From contig CAZMBC010000001.1 of assembly GCA_964564685.1 (NCBI GenBank), positions 162,376 through 226,375 on the forward strand: DNA of 64,000 bases, given 5' to 3'. This stretch comes from an uncultured Christensenella sp. (GTDB lineage: Bacteria > Bacillota > Clostridia > Christensenellales > UBA1242). Below the pieces are notes generated by a model, which saw nothing but the letters and a program-made list of their open reading frames with translations, made no database searches and was not told the DNA's origin. Positions 15,884-26,679 of the stretch are shown here, piece after piece (positions within the stretch are counted from its first letter, which is position 1; each line of letters starts with the position of its first letter). Both the position numbers and the translations under genes were made by a program.

Positions 15884-16708
15884 TTATTTGTAAACATCCA
15901 TAAAAAGTTCAATTTTGCTGGCTTTTAACACACTATCAAAAAGATTTAGCGAACTAACAGGCGCAAATTTGTAAAGTAAATTCATTGTTTTTGCATCAAA
16001 ACCCAAAACCATCCGCTTTTTACGTTTAACAATACCCCTAACACACTTTTTAACCATCTTATCACAACTGGTGCTAACAATGTTTATAAGTTTGCTTTCA
16101 ATTTTTGCGGTTTGCATTCTAAAAATTTCTGTACGCGTAAATCCAGGATATATTGCACCAACATAAAGTCTGTGTTTGTATTCCAACTGCAAGCTTTCCG
16201 TAAAATTTTTTAGTGCGCCCTTGCTTGCGGTGTAACCACTAATGCCCGCTAGTGGGGTTAGGGATGCAGAGCTACATACATTTATAACTGCTCCCTTTGC
16301 GGATTTTTCCAACAAAGGCAAAAGTGTTTTTATGGAATACACGCAAGAATAAAAATTTATGTTAATTACATTTTCAATGTCGTTTAATTCCTGTGTTTCA
16401 AATCTTTTAAATGGTGGCAAAATACCTGCGTTATTAATCAAAACATCCACTTCTTTACCCTTGGCCTCAAGGTCAGCACGCATATTAGTCCAACCCTCTA
16501 AACTAGAAACATCAAAAAGATAATAACTAAAATTGTCTTTCTTTTCTCCCAGCTCATCTAAAAGCGAAAGCATTTTTGCTTCGTTACGTCCAATTCCTAT
16601 CACATTGCAGTTGTATTTGTTTATAAGCGTTTTTGCAATACCCCTGCCTATCCCGCTAGATGCACCACTTAAAACCACGCTTGCATTTGTAATCCACTTG
16701 TTTTTCAT
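15884..16708 (-). CDS. Short-chain dehydrogenase/reductase (SDR) family oxidoreductase
   Basis: 274 aa. SGASSGIGRGIA (TGxxxGxG-like), NNAG, YxxxK (YTASK). Confidence 0.85.
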   Translation of the reverse strand: MKNKWITNASVVLSGASSGIGRGIAKTLINKYNCNVIGIGRNEAKMLSLLDELGEKKDNFSYYLFDVSSLEGWTNMRADLEAKGKEVDVLINNAGILPPFKRFETQELNDIENVININFYSCVYSIKTLLPLLEKSAKGAVINVCSSASLTPLAGISGYTASKGALKNFTESLQLEYKHRLYVGAIYPGFTRTEIFRMQTAKIESKLINIVSTSCDKMVKKCVRGIVKRKKRMVLGFDAKTMNLLYKFAPVSSLNLFDSVLKASKIELFMDVYK

Positions 16709-16723
16709 AAGAGTTTCCTTTTG

Positions 16724-18034
16724 TTATTTTCCGTCAATTAATTTTACCATTTTCTCTAAATTTACACCAACTAAATTTACCACATCCTCGCTTTTTCCTT
16801 CAACCATAATTCTAATCTTGCTTTCCGTTCCGCTAGCTCTAACCACAATTCTACCTTCACCTAACTGTTTTTCACACACCTTAATATATTCCTTAAGTTT
16901 ATCCGAGTTTAAAATTCTTAACTTATCCAAAACACTAACACTAATATTTGCCTGAGGAAAAAGTTTTACTTGTGATAACTGCGAAAGAGGCATATTGCTT
17001 TCCTTAATAATACCCGCTAACACAATACCCGCCAAAACGCCATCACCAGTGTTGCTGTATTTGCCTATAATAATATGCCCACTTTGTTCACCACCCAACT
17101 CACTACCTTTTTCTTGCATTTTTTCTATAACATACTTATCACCAACATCACTTCTTAAAAGCGCAATACCCAGTTCCTCTAAAGATAACTGTAAGCCCAT
17201 ATTAGTTAATGTTGTTCCCACAACACTGTTGTTTTTAAGTTCGCCCTTTAACCCAAAATGCTTTGCCAAAATATAAATAATCATGTCGCCATCAAGTATA
17301 TTTCCACACTCATCTATCGCCACTATGCGGTCGCTATCACCATCAAAAGCAAAGCCAACATCACACTTTTCTCTCTTAACCAACTCACATAGTGCATTAG
17401 GGTGCAACGACCCACAATTGTGATTTATTTCTTTGCCATTCTTGCTAGAGTTTATTTTAACAACTTTTGCTCCTAAACTTTTAAATACCTTATGCGCCAC
17501 TGCATACGAAGCACCATTGCTACAATCAAGTGCAACTTTAAGCCCCCTTAAAACACTGCCACATTTTATCAAGTATGATATGTATTGTCTGCAAAGATAG
17601 TGTTTTTGACAATAACTACCCACATACATGCCATTTGCTACATTATTTTTAATAAATTCTTTTTCTATTTTATCTTCTAGTAAACCCGAAATTTTATTGC
17701 CATTTTCATCAAAAATTTTTATACCATTGTATTCTGCAGGATTGTGTGAAGCTGAAACAACTACACCAAAGTCATAATTAAGTTTATTTACTAAATACGA
17801 AATCCCCGCAGTAGGAATAACACCCACATCCACCACATTTGCACCCGCAATTACCGCGCCCACACTAAATGCCAAAGTAACATAGCTTCCACTAACGCGT
17901 GTATCTCGGCCAACTAAAATTCTGGCATTTGGCTTAATACTGGCAAGCGCATTACCACATTTATAGCACACCTCATTAGTAAGTTCTTTGTTAACAATTC
18001 CTCTTATTCCGTCTGTTCCAAAATAAATACTCAT
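16724..18034 (-). CDS. glmM: Phosphoglucosamine mutase
   Basis: 436 aa. [35 protein letters not shown]. Confidence 0.95.
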   Translation of the reverse strand: MSIYFGTDGIRGIVNKELTNEVCYKCGNALASIKPNARILVGRDTRVSGSYVTLAFSVGAVIAGANVVDVGVIPTAGISYLVNKLNYDFGVVVSASHNPAEYNGIKIFDENGNKISGLLEDKIEKEFIKNNVANGMYVGSYCQKHYLCRQYISYLIKCGSVLRGLKVALDCSNGASYAVAHKVFKSLGAKVVKINSSKNGKEINHNCGSLHPNALCELVKREKCDVGFAFDGDSDRIVAIDECGNILDGDMIIYILAKHFGLKGELKNNSVVGTTLTNMGLQLSLEELGIALLRSDVGDKYVIEKMQEKGSELGGEQSGHIIIGKYSNTGDGVLAGIVLAGIIKESNMPLSQLSQVKLFPQANISVSVLDKLRILNSDKLKEYIKVCEKQLGEGRIVVRASGTESKIRIMVEGKSEDVVNLVGVNLEKMVKLIDGK

Positions 18035-18567
18035 AAAATCTCCTTTAAATATTTTTGTGCTCGGTTTGGTTTAATTTCCTGTTTGCTTCTGCCTATAACA
18101 AAGTCAAACTCATTAAGGTCGCTAGTTACAGTTGTGCCTGCAGCAATATACACATTGTTGGGAATATTAAGCGGAGCAATAAGGTTACAGTTACACCCAA
18201 TAAAAACATTATCTCCTACAACAATTTTGTTTTTTTCCTTGCCGTTGTAGTTTACAAACACAACCCCGCACCCAATGTTGCAATTTTTACCCACAACCGC
18301 ATCCCCTACATATGTAAGGTGTGAAATTTTTGTACCCTCTCCAATTGTACTATTTTTAATTTCCACAAAATTACCAATTCTGCAGTTATCCCCTATTTTG
18401 CAGTTAGGACGCAAATGCGCGTTTGGACCAATTTTGCAGTTTTTGCCCACTTCGCTATTAAAAATATGGGAAGATATTACAACACTTCCTTTGTTTATTG
18501 TGCTATTTTCTATTAGGTTATAGCCCTTTAATTCAAATTCAACTGTGCTATTTATTTCATTTTCCAT
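18031..18567 (-). CDS. Stand-alone GlmU-type acetyltransferase (LbH) domain; glucosamine-1-phosphate N-acetyltransferase-like, lacking the uridyltransferase domain
   Basis: 178 aa. [52 protein letters not shown] matches the GlmU C-terminal region. Its TGA overlaps the glmM ATG (ATGA). Confidence 0.7.
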   Translation of the reverse strand: MENEINSTVEFELKGYNLIENSTINKGSVVISSHIFNSEVGKNCKIGPNAHLRPNCKIGDNCRIGNFVEIKNSTIGEGTKISHLTYVGDAVVGKNCNIGCGVVFVNYNGKEKNKIVVGDNVFIGCNCNLIAPLNIPNNVYIAAGTTVTSDLNEFDFVIGRSKQEIKPNRAQKYLKEIL

Positions 18568-18666
18568 ATTAGCTTTTATGTTATTCCCCCTTTTTAGAGT
18601 TACAAAAAAATAGACACTAACAAGTAGTATCTATCTTATATATTCAATATTATTTTATTGTGTTAA

Positions 18667-19848
18667 CTATAACGCCTTTTCTAAAATCTTTATAACATCC
18701 GACTTTTTAATTGTTTTTTTGTTAACAATTGCAGCACCATCATTTAGTGCATTTTGCGCAATTTCGTTAAATTGCTCCTTTGTTACGCCATATTCACTTA
18801 ATTTAAGTGCAAGTCCGCTTAATTTACTAATTTCTTGTAAAAACTCGTTCACCTTTTTAATTGCAAGTTGTCCTCGTTCAGATTCTGGCGTTTTTGCAAA
18901 CAACTCTGCTCCGCCAAAGTATAAAAGCAAATCACCATACAGGTTGCCAACTTTATCATAATTAAATTCCATACAAGGCACTAAAAGTACAGCCATTGCG
19001 TTTCCATGAGGAACATTAGCAACACCACCGCAAGAATGTCCAATTGCATGAACAACACCAACCATTGCATTACTAAACGCAATTCCCGCAAGTGTAGACG
19101 CGTTTGCAAGGTTAAGGCGCGCCTGCTTGTCCAAGCCGTCCTTTAACACCTTTGGCAAGTTTTCTACAATTAACTTTATGGCCGTTTGCGCATATACATC
19201 GCTTATGATGTTCTTTTGTAAACTTGTATATGCTTCAATCGAATGCACAAGCGCATCAATAGAAGTGCTTGCTGTTAGTTTTGGTGGCAAGGTTTCGGTC
19301 ATTCTTACATCAATAACTCCCACATCCGGCAACAACTCGCTTGATATAAACTCCATTTTAAGATGTGTTTTGTGGTTTTTAATTACAGCCACAGCAGTAC
19401 ACTCGCTTCCCGTTCCGCAAGTGGTTGGAACAACAATAAAAGGAATATGAGCGACCTTTTTAATAATTTCGTTGCCCATTAATTTCATAATGTCATTTTG
19501 CTTTTGACCAAGCGCCATTCTGACGCCTTTTGCAGTATCAATAACCGAACCGCCGCCTAATGCAATAATGCCATCACATTTGTTAGCTTTGTAAAACGCA
19601 ATAATCTCGTTTATTGTAAGAGTAGAAGAATCCGTTGGGATATCAGTAAAAATATTTTTTATTTTAAGGTCACGCTTTAAAATATCCAAAAATTTTTTAA
19701 CACTTCCAATCTTTTTAAGCCCCTCGTCACTTAAAAGCAGAGGATTTTTGCAACCCAAAAAGTCACACTCGTAAGGAATATTGTTAATTGCATTATCCCC
19801 CGACAAAATTTTAACAGAATTTACAAATTCAAAATAGTTGTTTTTCAT
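18667..19848 (-). CDS. Iron-containing (group III) alcohol dehydrogenase
   Basis: 393 aa. GGGSVIDTAKG, and His-rich metal site contexts (VHAIGH, PHG). Confidence 0.85.
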   Translation of the reverse strand: MKNNYFEFVNSVKILSGDNAINNIPYECDFLGCKNPLLLSDEGLKKIGSVKKFLDILKRDLKIKNIFTDIPTDSSTLTINEIIAFYKANKCDGIIALGGGSVIDTAKGVRMALGQKQNDIMKLMGNEIIKKVAHIPFIVVPTTCGTGSECTAVAVIKNHKTHLKMEFISSELLPDVGVIDVRMTETLPPKLTASTSIDALVHSIEAYTSLQKNIISDVYAQTAIKLIVENLPKVLKDGLDKQARLNLANASTLAGIAFSNAMVGVVHAIGHSCGGVANVPHGNAMAVLLVPCMEFNYDKVGNLYGDLLLYFGGAELFAKTPESERGQLAIKKVNEFLQEISKLSGLALKLSEYGVTKEQFNEIAQNALNDGAAIVNKKTIKKSDVIKILEKAL

Positions 19849-20342
19849 TTCATATCCTCCAACTTACGCTGTTTCTTTGTGCATCCAAACAGCACATAAC
19901 AATACATTTTAAATGCCGAAACCTGCTTTTTTTCATATGGAATTGCCTTTGTATAAAAGCGCGGAAATAAATAATTTTCCACTATATTAATTATCCTAAC
20001 CAACCCCATAGCCTTGTAGATATCACCTTTTAGCAAAATTGCATGGCTAGAAAACGCATCTGCAATACTCATTTTGCCCAGCAAAACTTTTTGTGCTATT
20101 TTGTTGTTTTTAAAAATTATTTGTAAATCCGCATTGTCAATCTGCCGCATTTTATGAACCCCTGAAGGATTAACCTCAAAGCAAATATAATTCCCGTAAG
20201 GAAAAACAGCCAGTGACACACTAAAGCTTTTTGGCAGAGCGCACACTTCCTGTTGAACGCGCGTATCGTATAAGTTAGCACCGTTTATGCCCTTAACAAG
20301 CAGGTTAAAAATAACACTATTTAAAAAACTTTTTTTGCCCAC
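19845..20342 (-). CDS. SCP2 (sterol-carrier-protein-2-like) lipid-binding domain protein
   Basis: 165 aa. C-terminal LLGKMSIADAFSSHAILLKGDIYKAMGL resembles the SCP2 signature. GTG start. 4-nt overlap with the ADH gene. Confidence 0.45.
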   Translation of the reverse strand: MGKKSFLNSVIFNLLVKGINGANLYDTRVQQEVCALPKSFSVSLAVFPYGNYICFEVNPSGVHKMRQIDNADLQIIFKNNKIAQKVLLGKMSIADAFSSHAILLKGDIYKAMGLVRIINIVENYLFPRFYTKAIPYEKKQVSAFKMYCYVLFGCTKKQRKLEDMK

Positions 20343-20482
20343 ATTTCACCTTCTTTTTTTTAAATTATATAAAATAACACACAAATAATCAAATAATTAA
20401 AAATATTTTTTGAGGTTAATTATGTTGGAAATTTTAAAAATAAACATTATAATAATAAAAACTTTATTAAGAGGTTATTAAT

Positions 20483-21181
20483 ATGGCTTTAGTTTGTTTG
20501 ACTCTTTGCTTAATTAGTATGATTGTTTTTATTGTTGCTAAAATTGTGCGCGGAGGAATGGTTGGTGTGGTTGCCAAAGCCGTTGCATCAGCCATATTTG
20601 TAATAAGCGCCATTGTTGCTGTAATAACAAAGACTGTGCCCTATTACGCGTATCTAATAGTAGCAGGTTTGGCTTGCGGTCTTGTTGGGGATATTTTGCT
20701 AGGCATTTTTGAAAAAGACAGAGGCAAAGCACAGGATGCAAAATATTTAAACTTTGGGATGTTAGCATTTGGAATAGGACACATATTTTATATTATTTCC
20801 ATTTCAATCAACTCCTTAAAATGGATAGATAGTTTTGTTGTACCAATGCTACTTGCATTTGGAATAGGCGCAATTATCGCGCTTTTAATTTATGTAAATG
20901 CTAAAACTTTACATCTTGATTTTGGAAAGTTTAAATTTCAAGCACTTGCATATTCTATTGTGTTGTGCTGTGCGTTTGTTTATTCGTTATTTCTAACAGT
21001 TCTTACAAAACATCTTTGGCCAACATTTATTGCTTTAGCGTTATTCCTTGCTAGTGACTTAATACTTTCGCTTATGTATTTTGGAGAAAAAAACACCAAA
21101 AGAATGGATATAGTAAACAAATTAACCTATTATTTAGCACAAATTATGTTTGTAATTTTCTTGTTCTTTTTCGTTGCGTAA
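20483..21181 (+). CDS. YhhN family membrane protein (lysoplasmalogenase-like)
   Basis: 232 aa, about 8 TM. GLVGDILL and GIGHIFY motifs. Paralog at 59360..60079. Confidence 0.6.
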   Translation: MALVCLTLCLISMIVFIVAKIVRGGMVGVVAKAVASAIFVISAIVAVITKTVPYYAYLIVAGLACGLVGDILLGIFEKDRGKAQDAKYLNFGMLAFGIGHIFYIISISINSLKWIDSFVVPMLLAFGIGAIIALLIYVNAKTLHLDFGKFKFQALAYSIVLCCAFVYSLFLTVLTKHLWPTFIALALFLASDLILSLMYFGEKNTKRMDIVNKLTYYLAQIMFVIFLFFFVA

Positions 21182-21349
21182 TAAATTTTTCTTTATGACA
21201 AGTTATTCTTATAACATATAGTGTTAATTGTTAAAATAAATAATTGTTAAATAAAAAAGTGGCAGGTTTTGCCACTTTTTTAACATAATCTGTATGAAAT
21301 TTAAAGTAAAGCTTTGAACTTGATATTAAGGTTATAATTAAAACTATGC

Positions 21350-23458
21350 CTATTTTCTATAAACATACAGCATGCGCATTGCATTTAAAATTGCTATAAA
21401 CGAAACGCCCACATCCGCAAAAACAGCCAGCCACAAAGGAGATATTCCAAAAACGCCCAATATTAGCACAGTCAATTTAATAGCAATTGAAAACACTATA
21501 TTCTCATATGCAATAGCAATTGTGCGCTTGGAAATTTTGATTGCGTTAACCAATGACATAAGATTGTCTTTCATAATAACCAGGTCACCCGCTTCAATTG
21601 CAACATCGCTTCCGCGCTTGCCCATAGAAACGCCCACATCACTAGCCATAAGCACAGGCGCGTCATTTATTCCATCACCAACATACATTACTTTACCGTT
21701 GGAAGTGGCTATGATTTCGTTTAATTTTGATAATTTATCCTGTGGCATAAGTTCGGCATAAACCTCATTAATGCCCAGCTTGTTTGCAACATACTGTGCG
21801 CTTTTCTGTTTATCTCCGGTAAGCATAACAAACCTCGTAACGCCCAGTTTTTTTAGTGCATCAATCGCTTTTGCTGTATCACGTTTAATTGTATCACTAA
21901 TAACCACATAACCCGCATATTCGCCGTTTAAAGACATGTAAACCACGTTTCCGCCAGTTTCAACCGTGGGCACTTTAACACCGTTCTTATTAAGCCATTT
22001 ATCACTACCCACCAAAACGCTTTTGTTTTCTACTTTAACACTAACACCCATACCACTTTCCTCGTGATATTCGCCAATTTTACTAGCAAAAATTTTGTTT
22101 TTATATAATTTCATAACACTTTTTGCTATTGGATGGTTGCTACCGCTTTCAGCATAACATAAAAATTTAACAAACACATCTTTTGATATCTCATACGGTT
22201 TAATTTCCACAACTTCAAAAGTACCAAGGGTTAATGTTCCCGTTTTGTCAAACACAATTGTTTTTATGTTGTTAAGATTTTCTAAAACATTTGCTCCCTT
22301 AATTAAAAGTCCACGTTTTGCACACACTCCCAGTCCACTAAAGAATGTAAGTGGAACAGAAATTACAATAGCACAAGGACAGCTAACTACCAAAAAGGTT
22401 AGTGCGCGATATATCCAATCTGTAAGATTACCCACAAAAATAGGCGGAATAAACGCTACAACTATCGCACACGCCATAACAGTTGGGGTATAAATACGTG
22501 CAAACTTGGTTATAAACTTTTCGCTTTTAGGCTTGTTTGCACTTGCGCGCTCTACAAGTTCCATTATTTGCGCCACAGCGGAATCCTTAAACTTGCTTTG
22601 TACTCGCATAATAAGGTTGTTACCCAAATTTATACACCCGCTTAAAACACGTTCACCCTCGGCAACTTTTTGCGGTTTGCTTTCGCCCGTTAGCATGGAT
22701 AAATCCACCACACCGTTACCTGCAATAATAACACTATCAACAGGCACACGCTCGCCTTTCTTTACGATAATTGTGTCACCAACATTTAACTTTTGAGGCT
22801 TAACCTGGTGTTCTTCGCCATCTTTTAAAAGGTTGGCGGTTTGCACCTTAAGTGCAAGCATATCTTTTATGTTACGCCTGCTTTTTTCCACCGCATAGCT
22901 TTGGAAAATTTCGCCCAATTTATAAAGTAACATTACAATTATTGCTTCAGAATATTCACCAATTATAAACGCCCCTATTGACGCCACAGTCATCAGCAGA
23001 TTTTCATCAAAACAATTTTTGGAAAGCACTTTTTTTACTGTTTTTATAAGCACATCATAACTAACTAATAAAAATCCGCAAATAAACAAGGTTAGTTCAG
23101 TCCAAAAGGGCATAGGAACAAAGTTTGCTATTAAAATCAGCATCAAAGTTATGCCAATTTTTGTAAACTGAAAATAGTTGCTTTTAATGAAATTGCGTTT
23201 CTTCTTGTTTTCGTTATCAGATTTACTTTTGCCCGCTACCTCAAGATGAACATCACTTTCAAATATGTGAACAATCTTTTCCAAAAAACCAACAAGTTCC
23301 TCTTCCGACTGCCACTCTTTGCTTGTATCTATATATAGTTTTTTATTTATAAAATCCAAAGTACAAGAATCAATTTCGTCAAATTCATTAATTGCTTTTT
23401 CTATTTTAACACTGCAAGCAGCACAATCTAAATCAATAATATCGTAAGTTTTTTTCAT
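21350..23458 (-). CDS. Heavy-metal (Cd/Zn/Co-type) translocating P1B-type ATPase
   Basis: 702 aa. N-terminal HMA domain (DCAACSVKIE), CPC in a TM helix (SCPCAIV), DKTGTLT, GDGINDAP. Confidence 0.9.
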   Translation of the reverse strand: MKKTYDIIDLDCAACSVKIEKAINEFDEIDSCTLDFINKKLYIDTSKEWQSEEELVGFLEKIVHIFESDVHLEVAGKSKSDNENKKKRNFIKSNYFQFTKIGITLMLILIANFVPMPFWTELTLFICGFLLVSYDVLIKTVKKVLSKNCFDENLLMTVASIGAFIIGEYSEAIIVMLLYKLGEIFQSYAVEKSRRNIKDMLALKVQTANLLKDGEEHQVKPQKLNVGDTIIVKKGERVPVDSVIIAGNGVVDLSMLTGESKPQKVAEGERVLSGCINLGNNLIMRVQSKFKDSAVAQIMELVERASANKPKSEKFITKFARIYTPTVMACAIVVAFIPPIFVGNLTDWIYRALTFLVVSCPCAIVISVPLTFFSGLGVCAKRGLLIKGANVLENLNNIKTIVFDKTGTLTLGTFEVVEIKPYEISKDVFVKFLCYAESGSNHPIAKSVMKLYKNKIFASKIGEYHEESGMGVSVKVENKSVLVGSDKWLNKNGVKVPTVETGGNVVYMSLNGEYAGYVVISDTIKRDTAKAIDALKKLGVTRFVMLTGDKQKSAQYVANKLGINEVYAELMPQDKLSKLNEIIATSNGKVMYVGDGINDAPVLMASDVGVSMGKRGSDVAIEAGDLVIMKDNLMSLVNAIKISKRTIAIAYENIVFSIAIKLTVLILGVFGISPLWLAVFADVGVSFIAILNAMRMLYVYRK

Positions 23459-23544
23459 ATTAAAACTCCCTAATTTAGGTTAGCATTGGTTTAAAGTTTT
23501 GTGTATAAGCACATTAAATTATGCTCTAGTATTACAAATTTTGT

Positions 23545-24114
23545 TTAATCTTTAGCGTTCTTTTTACCAAATACATAATCTCTGCGTTTCGAAAACACAC
23601 ACCCACAATAGTTTTGCCTATAAAGGTTGTATTTTTTGCTGTTTTGTATGCTTTTTAAATATCCGTTATTCTTTTTAAAATCGCGAGTCAAATATGGAAT
23701 ACCATATTTTTGCGACATTTCTGTACCCACCATATTTAACTGACTAATACTTTTGTATGGGCTAACCGAAAGAGTAGTAGTAACGCAATCAAAGCCGTGT
23801 AATTTTGCATACTGAAAGGTTTTGTTAAGTCTTAACCTAAAACATTCCACACATCTTGCGCCACCCTCGCGCTCTTGTTCCAAACCCTTAACGGCATTAT
23901 AAAAACTTGTGCTATCATGCGGTTCTATAACATATTTTACATCCATAATATTCATAAATTTTCGCACTTCTTCTGCGCGTTTTTCGTATTCTTCGGCAGT
24001 GTCTATGTTAGGATTGTAAAAATATACAGTAACATCAAATTCTTTTTTAATATCCTCAATAACCCCACTACTACAAGGGGCACAACAAATGTGTAAAAGC
24101 AGTTTCATGTGCAT
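23545..24114 (-). CDS. queH: Epoxyqueuosine reductase QueH (DUF208)
   Basis: 189 aa. LLLHICCAPCS N-terminus plus later Cys pairs (CVEC, YCGC). Confidence 0.75.
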   Translation of the reverse strand: MHMKLLLHICCAPCSSGVIEDIKKEFDVTVYFYNPNIDTAEEYEKRAEEVRKFMNIMDVKYVIEPHDSTSFYNAVKGLEQEREGGARCVECFRLRLNKTFQYAKLHGFDCVTTTLSVSPYKSISQLNMVGTEMSQKYGIPYLTRDFKKNNGYLKSIQNSKKYNLYRQNYCGCVFSKRRDYVFGKKNAKD

Positions 24115-24117
24115 CCT

Positions 24118-25110
24118 CTAAACCAGCAACGTTAACAACATTCCCACAGCTAGTGAGAACACAAAAATGCTGGATATAATATAAAACGTATGTTTTTTAT
24201 TTGCGTTTTCTTTAATAAGCAAAGTGTAAGCAATACCTGCGTTAACTGAAAGCCCGGTTATGCATGCACCCAAAGTTAATCCGCCCTCTATAAACAACTG
24301 TGTGATAATAACTGATGACGCGCAGTTAGGAATTAATCCCACCAAGCCAGCAATTATTGGCTGAAGATATTTAACCGAGTGCATAAACTCTGCCAAGTTA
24401 TTCTCGCCCACAAAGTGCAAGATAATTTCAAAAACAATATTAACAGCCAAAATGAACACAAAAATTCTTAAACAATGCACAAGCGGATGATATATAAATT
24501 TCCAAAAATTAAACTTTTGATTTTCACCTTCTATTGCGTGACCACAGCATCCTCTATCAACGGTGTCATCCAAAGTTGGGCTAATGCTAACCTCTGCCAC
24601 TAAATAACGCTTTTTTACTTGCTGGTTTTGGGGCGCAATGTCGTCCATGCCAACAAAATTGCCCTTTTTAACTTGTGGTGTATAAATATTTTTAGGTTTG
24701 TAAAAATACTTTACAAAAAAGTTTGCACCATAGCCTATAACCAAAGCCATAGCAAACTTAATTGCAATAATTAAACACATGTCCTTAAAGTTTGTAGGAT
24801 TGGAAAGCAGTAGCGGAATGGCCTCATCCGATGTTGCCACGTAAACAGCCATAAGCGTGCCAACATTTATAGCCTTTTTGCAATACAAGTCGGTTGCCAC
24901 AACCGAAAACCCACACTGCGGAACTATACCTATTGCCGAACCCACAAGCGTGGAATATTTATTTTTTAAAAACTTGCTGTTTTTAAGAGATTTTGCACTT
25001 TTAATTTCTATAAGTTCAATAATTAAATATGTAATTATTAGTATTGGCAAAATTACTAGCGAATCCTTAACAGCATGCCATATTGAGTGCCACATAACTT
25101 CCTCCTGCAA
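24118..25110 (-). CDS. Polytopic membrane protein, putative 10-TM metal/arsenical-type permease (ArsP_2-like)
   Basis: 330 aa. Two hydrophobic halves separated by a loop with CCGH. The assignment is by resemblance only. Confidence 0.35.
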   Translation of the reverse strand: MQEEVMWHSIWHAVKDSLVILPILIITYLIIELIEIKSAKSLKNSKFLKNKYSTLVGSAIGIVPQCGFSVVATDLYCKKAINVGTLMAVYVATSDEAIPLLLSNPTNFKDMCLIIAIKFAMALVIGYGANFFVKYFYKPKNIYTPQVKKGNFVGMDDIAPQNQQVKKRYLVAEVSISPTLDDTVDRGCCGHAIEGENQKFNFWKFIYHPLVHCLRIFVFILAVNIVFEIILHFVGENNLAEFMHSVKYLQPIIAGLVGLIPNCASSVIITQLFIEGGLTLGACITGLSVNAGIAYTLLIKENANKKHTFYIISSIFVFSLAVGMLLTLLV

Positions 25111-25254
25111 TTATTGTACACCATATTATACTACTTTTTACAAAATTGTAAAGGAATAACCACTTTCTAGAATACAAATTAGTATAATATCCTTAATTTT
25201 ACTAAAACTATTACTAACCACATAAAAAGGTTAATTTGAAAAAAGGAGGAAACA

Positions 25255-25692
25255 ATGGAAACAACAGGTAAAAAGGTTTTATTAATTTTAACTTACTACA
25301 CTTTAATGTTGGCTATGTTGGGATTATCGGTCTTTCTTTTTATTACCCTTCCAAGCGACAGACTTGCTACATGGATTAGAGTTGTTTACTACATTTTAAT
25401 TGGGTTGTTGATAGCACTAGTAATATTTGACATTATTTGTACAAACACAAAAATGAACAAGTATATTTCTGGTTTTATCCTATACGGACTAACAATAGCA
25501 CATCTTGTAGTATCGTTCATACTTTACACATTCTTTGCAAGAAATGGTATTGTACCTGCCGATGTAATGGATATTTTTATGCTTGTACTAATGGTAAGTT
25601 GGGCTATTAACATCTTAACTATCGTAATTTATTGCGTAGGTGAACATTTAGTAGTTATTTCCAATGCCCAAAACAAACGCAGAATTTCCTAA
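25255..25692 (+). CDS. Hypothetical membrane protein (4 TM)
   Basis: 145 aa. AAGGAGG RBS. A terminator hairpin follows at about 25710-25745. Confidence 0.45.
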   Translation: METTGKKVLLILTYYTLMLAMLGLSVFLFITLPSDRLATWIRVVYYILIGLLIALVIFDIICTNTKMNKYISGFILYGLTIAHLVVSFILYTFFARNGIVPADVMDIFMLVLMVSWAINILTIVIYCVGEHLVVISNAQNKRRIS

Positions 25693-25848
25693 TTAAAACG
25701 GGTACTATAAAACTCTTGTGACTGTTTTCACAAGAGTTTTTATTTGTAGTTTCAAAAGTTATTATATATTTTTATATGAAACAATTTTATATGTCTTTGT
25801 ATATCTTATATGTAATAAAAAAACACCAATCATGGTTGGTGTTTTTTG

Positions 25849-26667
25849 TTATTGTTCGCTTTTAAGTTGTTTTTTATATTTGCTCTGTTCCTGTTTTTTT
25901 AACATCCACTCGCCAAACTTGCAATACTTTGTTATTAAATATGTAGGCACCATAACAACAATCGAGGCCACAAGGTCCAAAATATAATGCTGGCGCAAAA
26001 ATAATGTTGCCATAAATATTAACACGCAGAACATCCACGCCAAAATTCGCATCCAAAGCGGTGTGCTCTTCTTTTCGCCCGAAGCAGCAATAACAAGCGC
26101 AAGCGCCATTAAACAATGTTGGCTAGGCAAACAATTAATTGGTTTACAAGTGGACCATGTCCACACCATAAATTTATCAGATATAGTAGCAGGCACAAAG
26201 TCTGGTTTAATCATTTCTGTTTGCCAAAAAAAATACACAATGCCACTAATTGCAAACGAAATAACAGCTGTTAGCCACAAGTTCCACATGTGCTTTTTAT
26301 TCTTTGCCGTAACCCAAAAGAAAGCAAAAATAGCAAGCGGAAAGGTTAAGAAATACATCCAAATAAACTCACTTACAATTGGAATTTGCTTGTCTAGCCA
26401 AATTTCGGGCTGAAATCCACTTTTGCCCAAAAACATGTTGCCGGTCCAACTTAATTCCTGAACTGCAAGAAATATTAAAAATGGCACAATGCCACCTTTT
26501 ATAGAGTCCCAAAATTTTTTAAATTTACCCTTTGATACAGCATTTTTATCCTCTTTATTAATAATCAAAGAATTGTCAGGATTGATTTCTTGTATAATGT
26601 TAAGTTTTTTATCATCTAATCTACTCTGCTCCTCGGCAGTTAGCGTCTTTTCTTGTTGTTCTTCCAT
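25849..26667 (-). CDS. PAP2-superfamily membrane protein (PAP2_C / sphingomyelin-synthase-like phosphotransferase motifs)
   Basis: 272 aa. LPSQHC (SxH) and LRQHYILD (RxxxxxHxxxD-like) on TM helices. Confidence 0.5.
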   Translation of the reverse strand: MEEQQEKTLTAEEQSRLDDKKLNIIQEINPDNSLIINKEDKNAVSKGKFKKFWDSIKGGIVPFLIFLAVQELSWTGNMFLGKSGFQPEIWLDKQIPIVSEFIWMYFLTFPLAIFAFFWVTAKNKKHMWNLWLTAVISFAISGIVYFFWQTEMIKPDFVPATISDKFMVWTWSTCKPINCLPSQHCLMALALVIAASGEKKSTPLWMRILAWMFCVLIFMATLFLRQHYILDLVASIVVMVPTYLITKYCKFGEWMLKKQEQSKYKKQLKSEQ

Positions 26668-26679
26668 TCTGTTCCCTTT

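Noticed and set aside
16533-19450. Plus-strand ORFs opposite SDR, glmM, the GlmU-C gene and ADH (16533..16955, 16995..17276, 18055..18523, 18719..18961, 19127..19450).
   Set aside because: They are antisense shadows of well-supported genes, with S/P/L-rich low-complexity translations.
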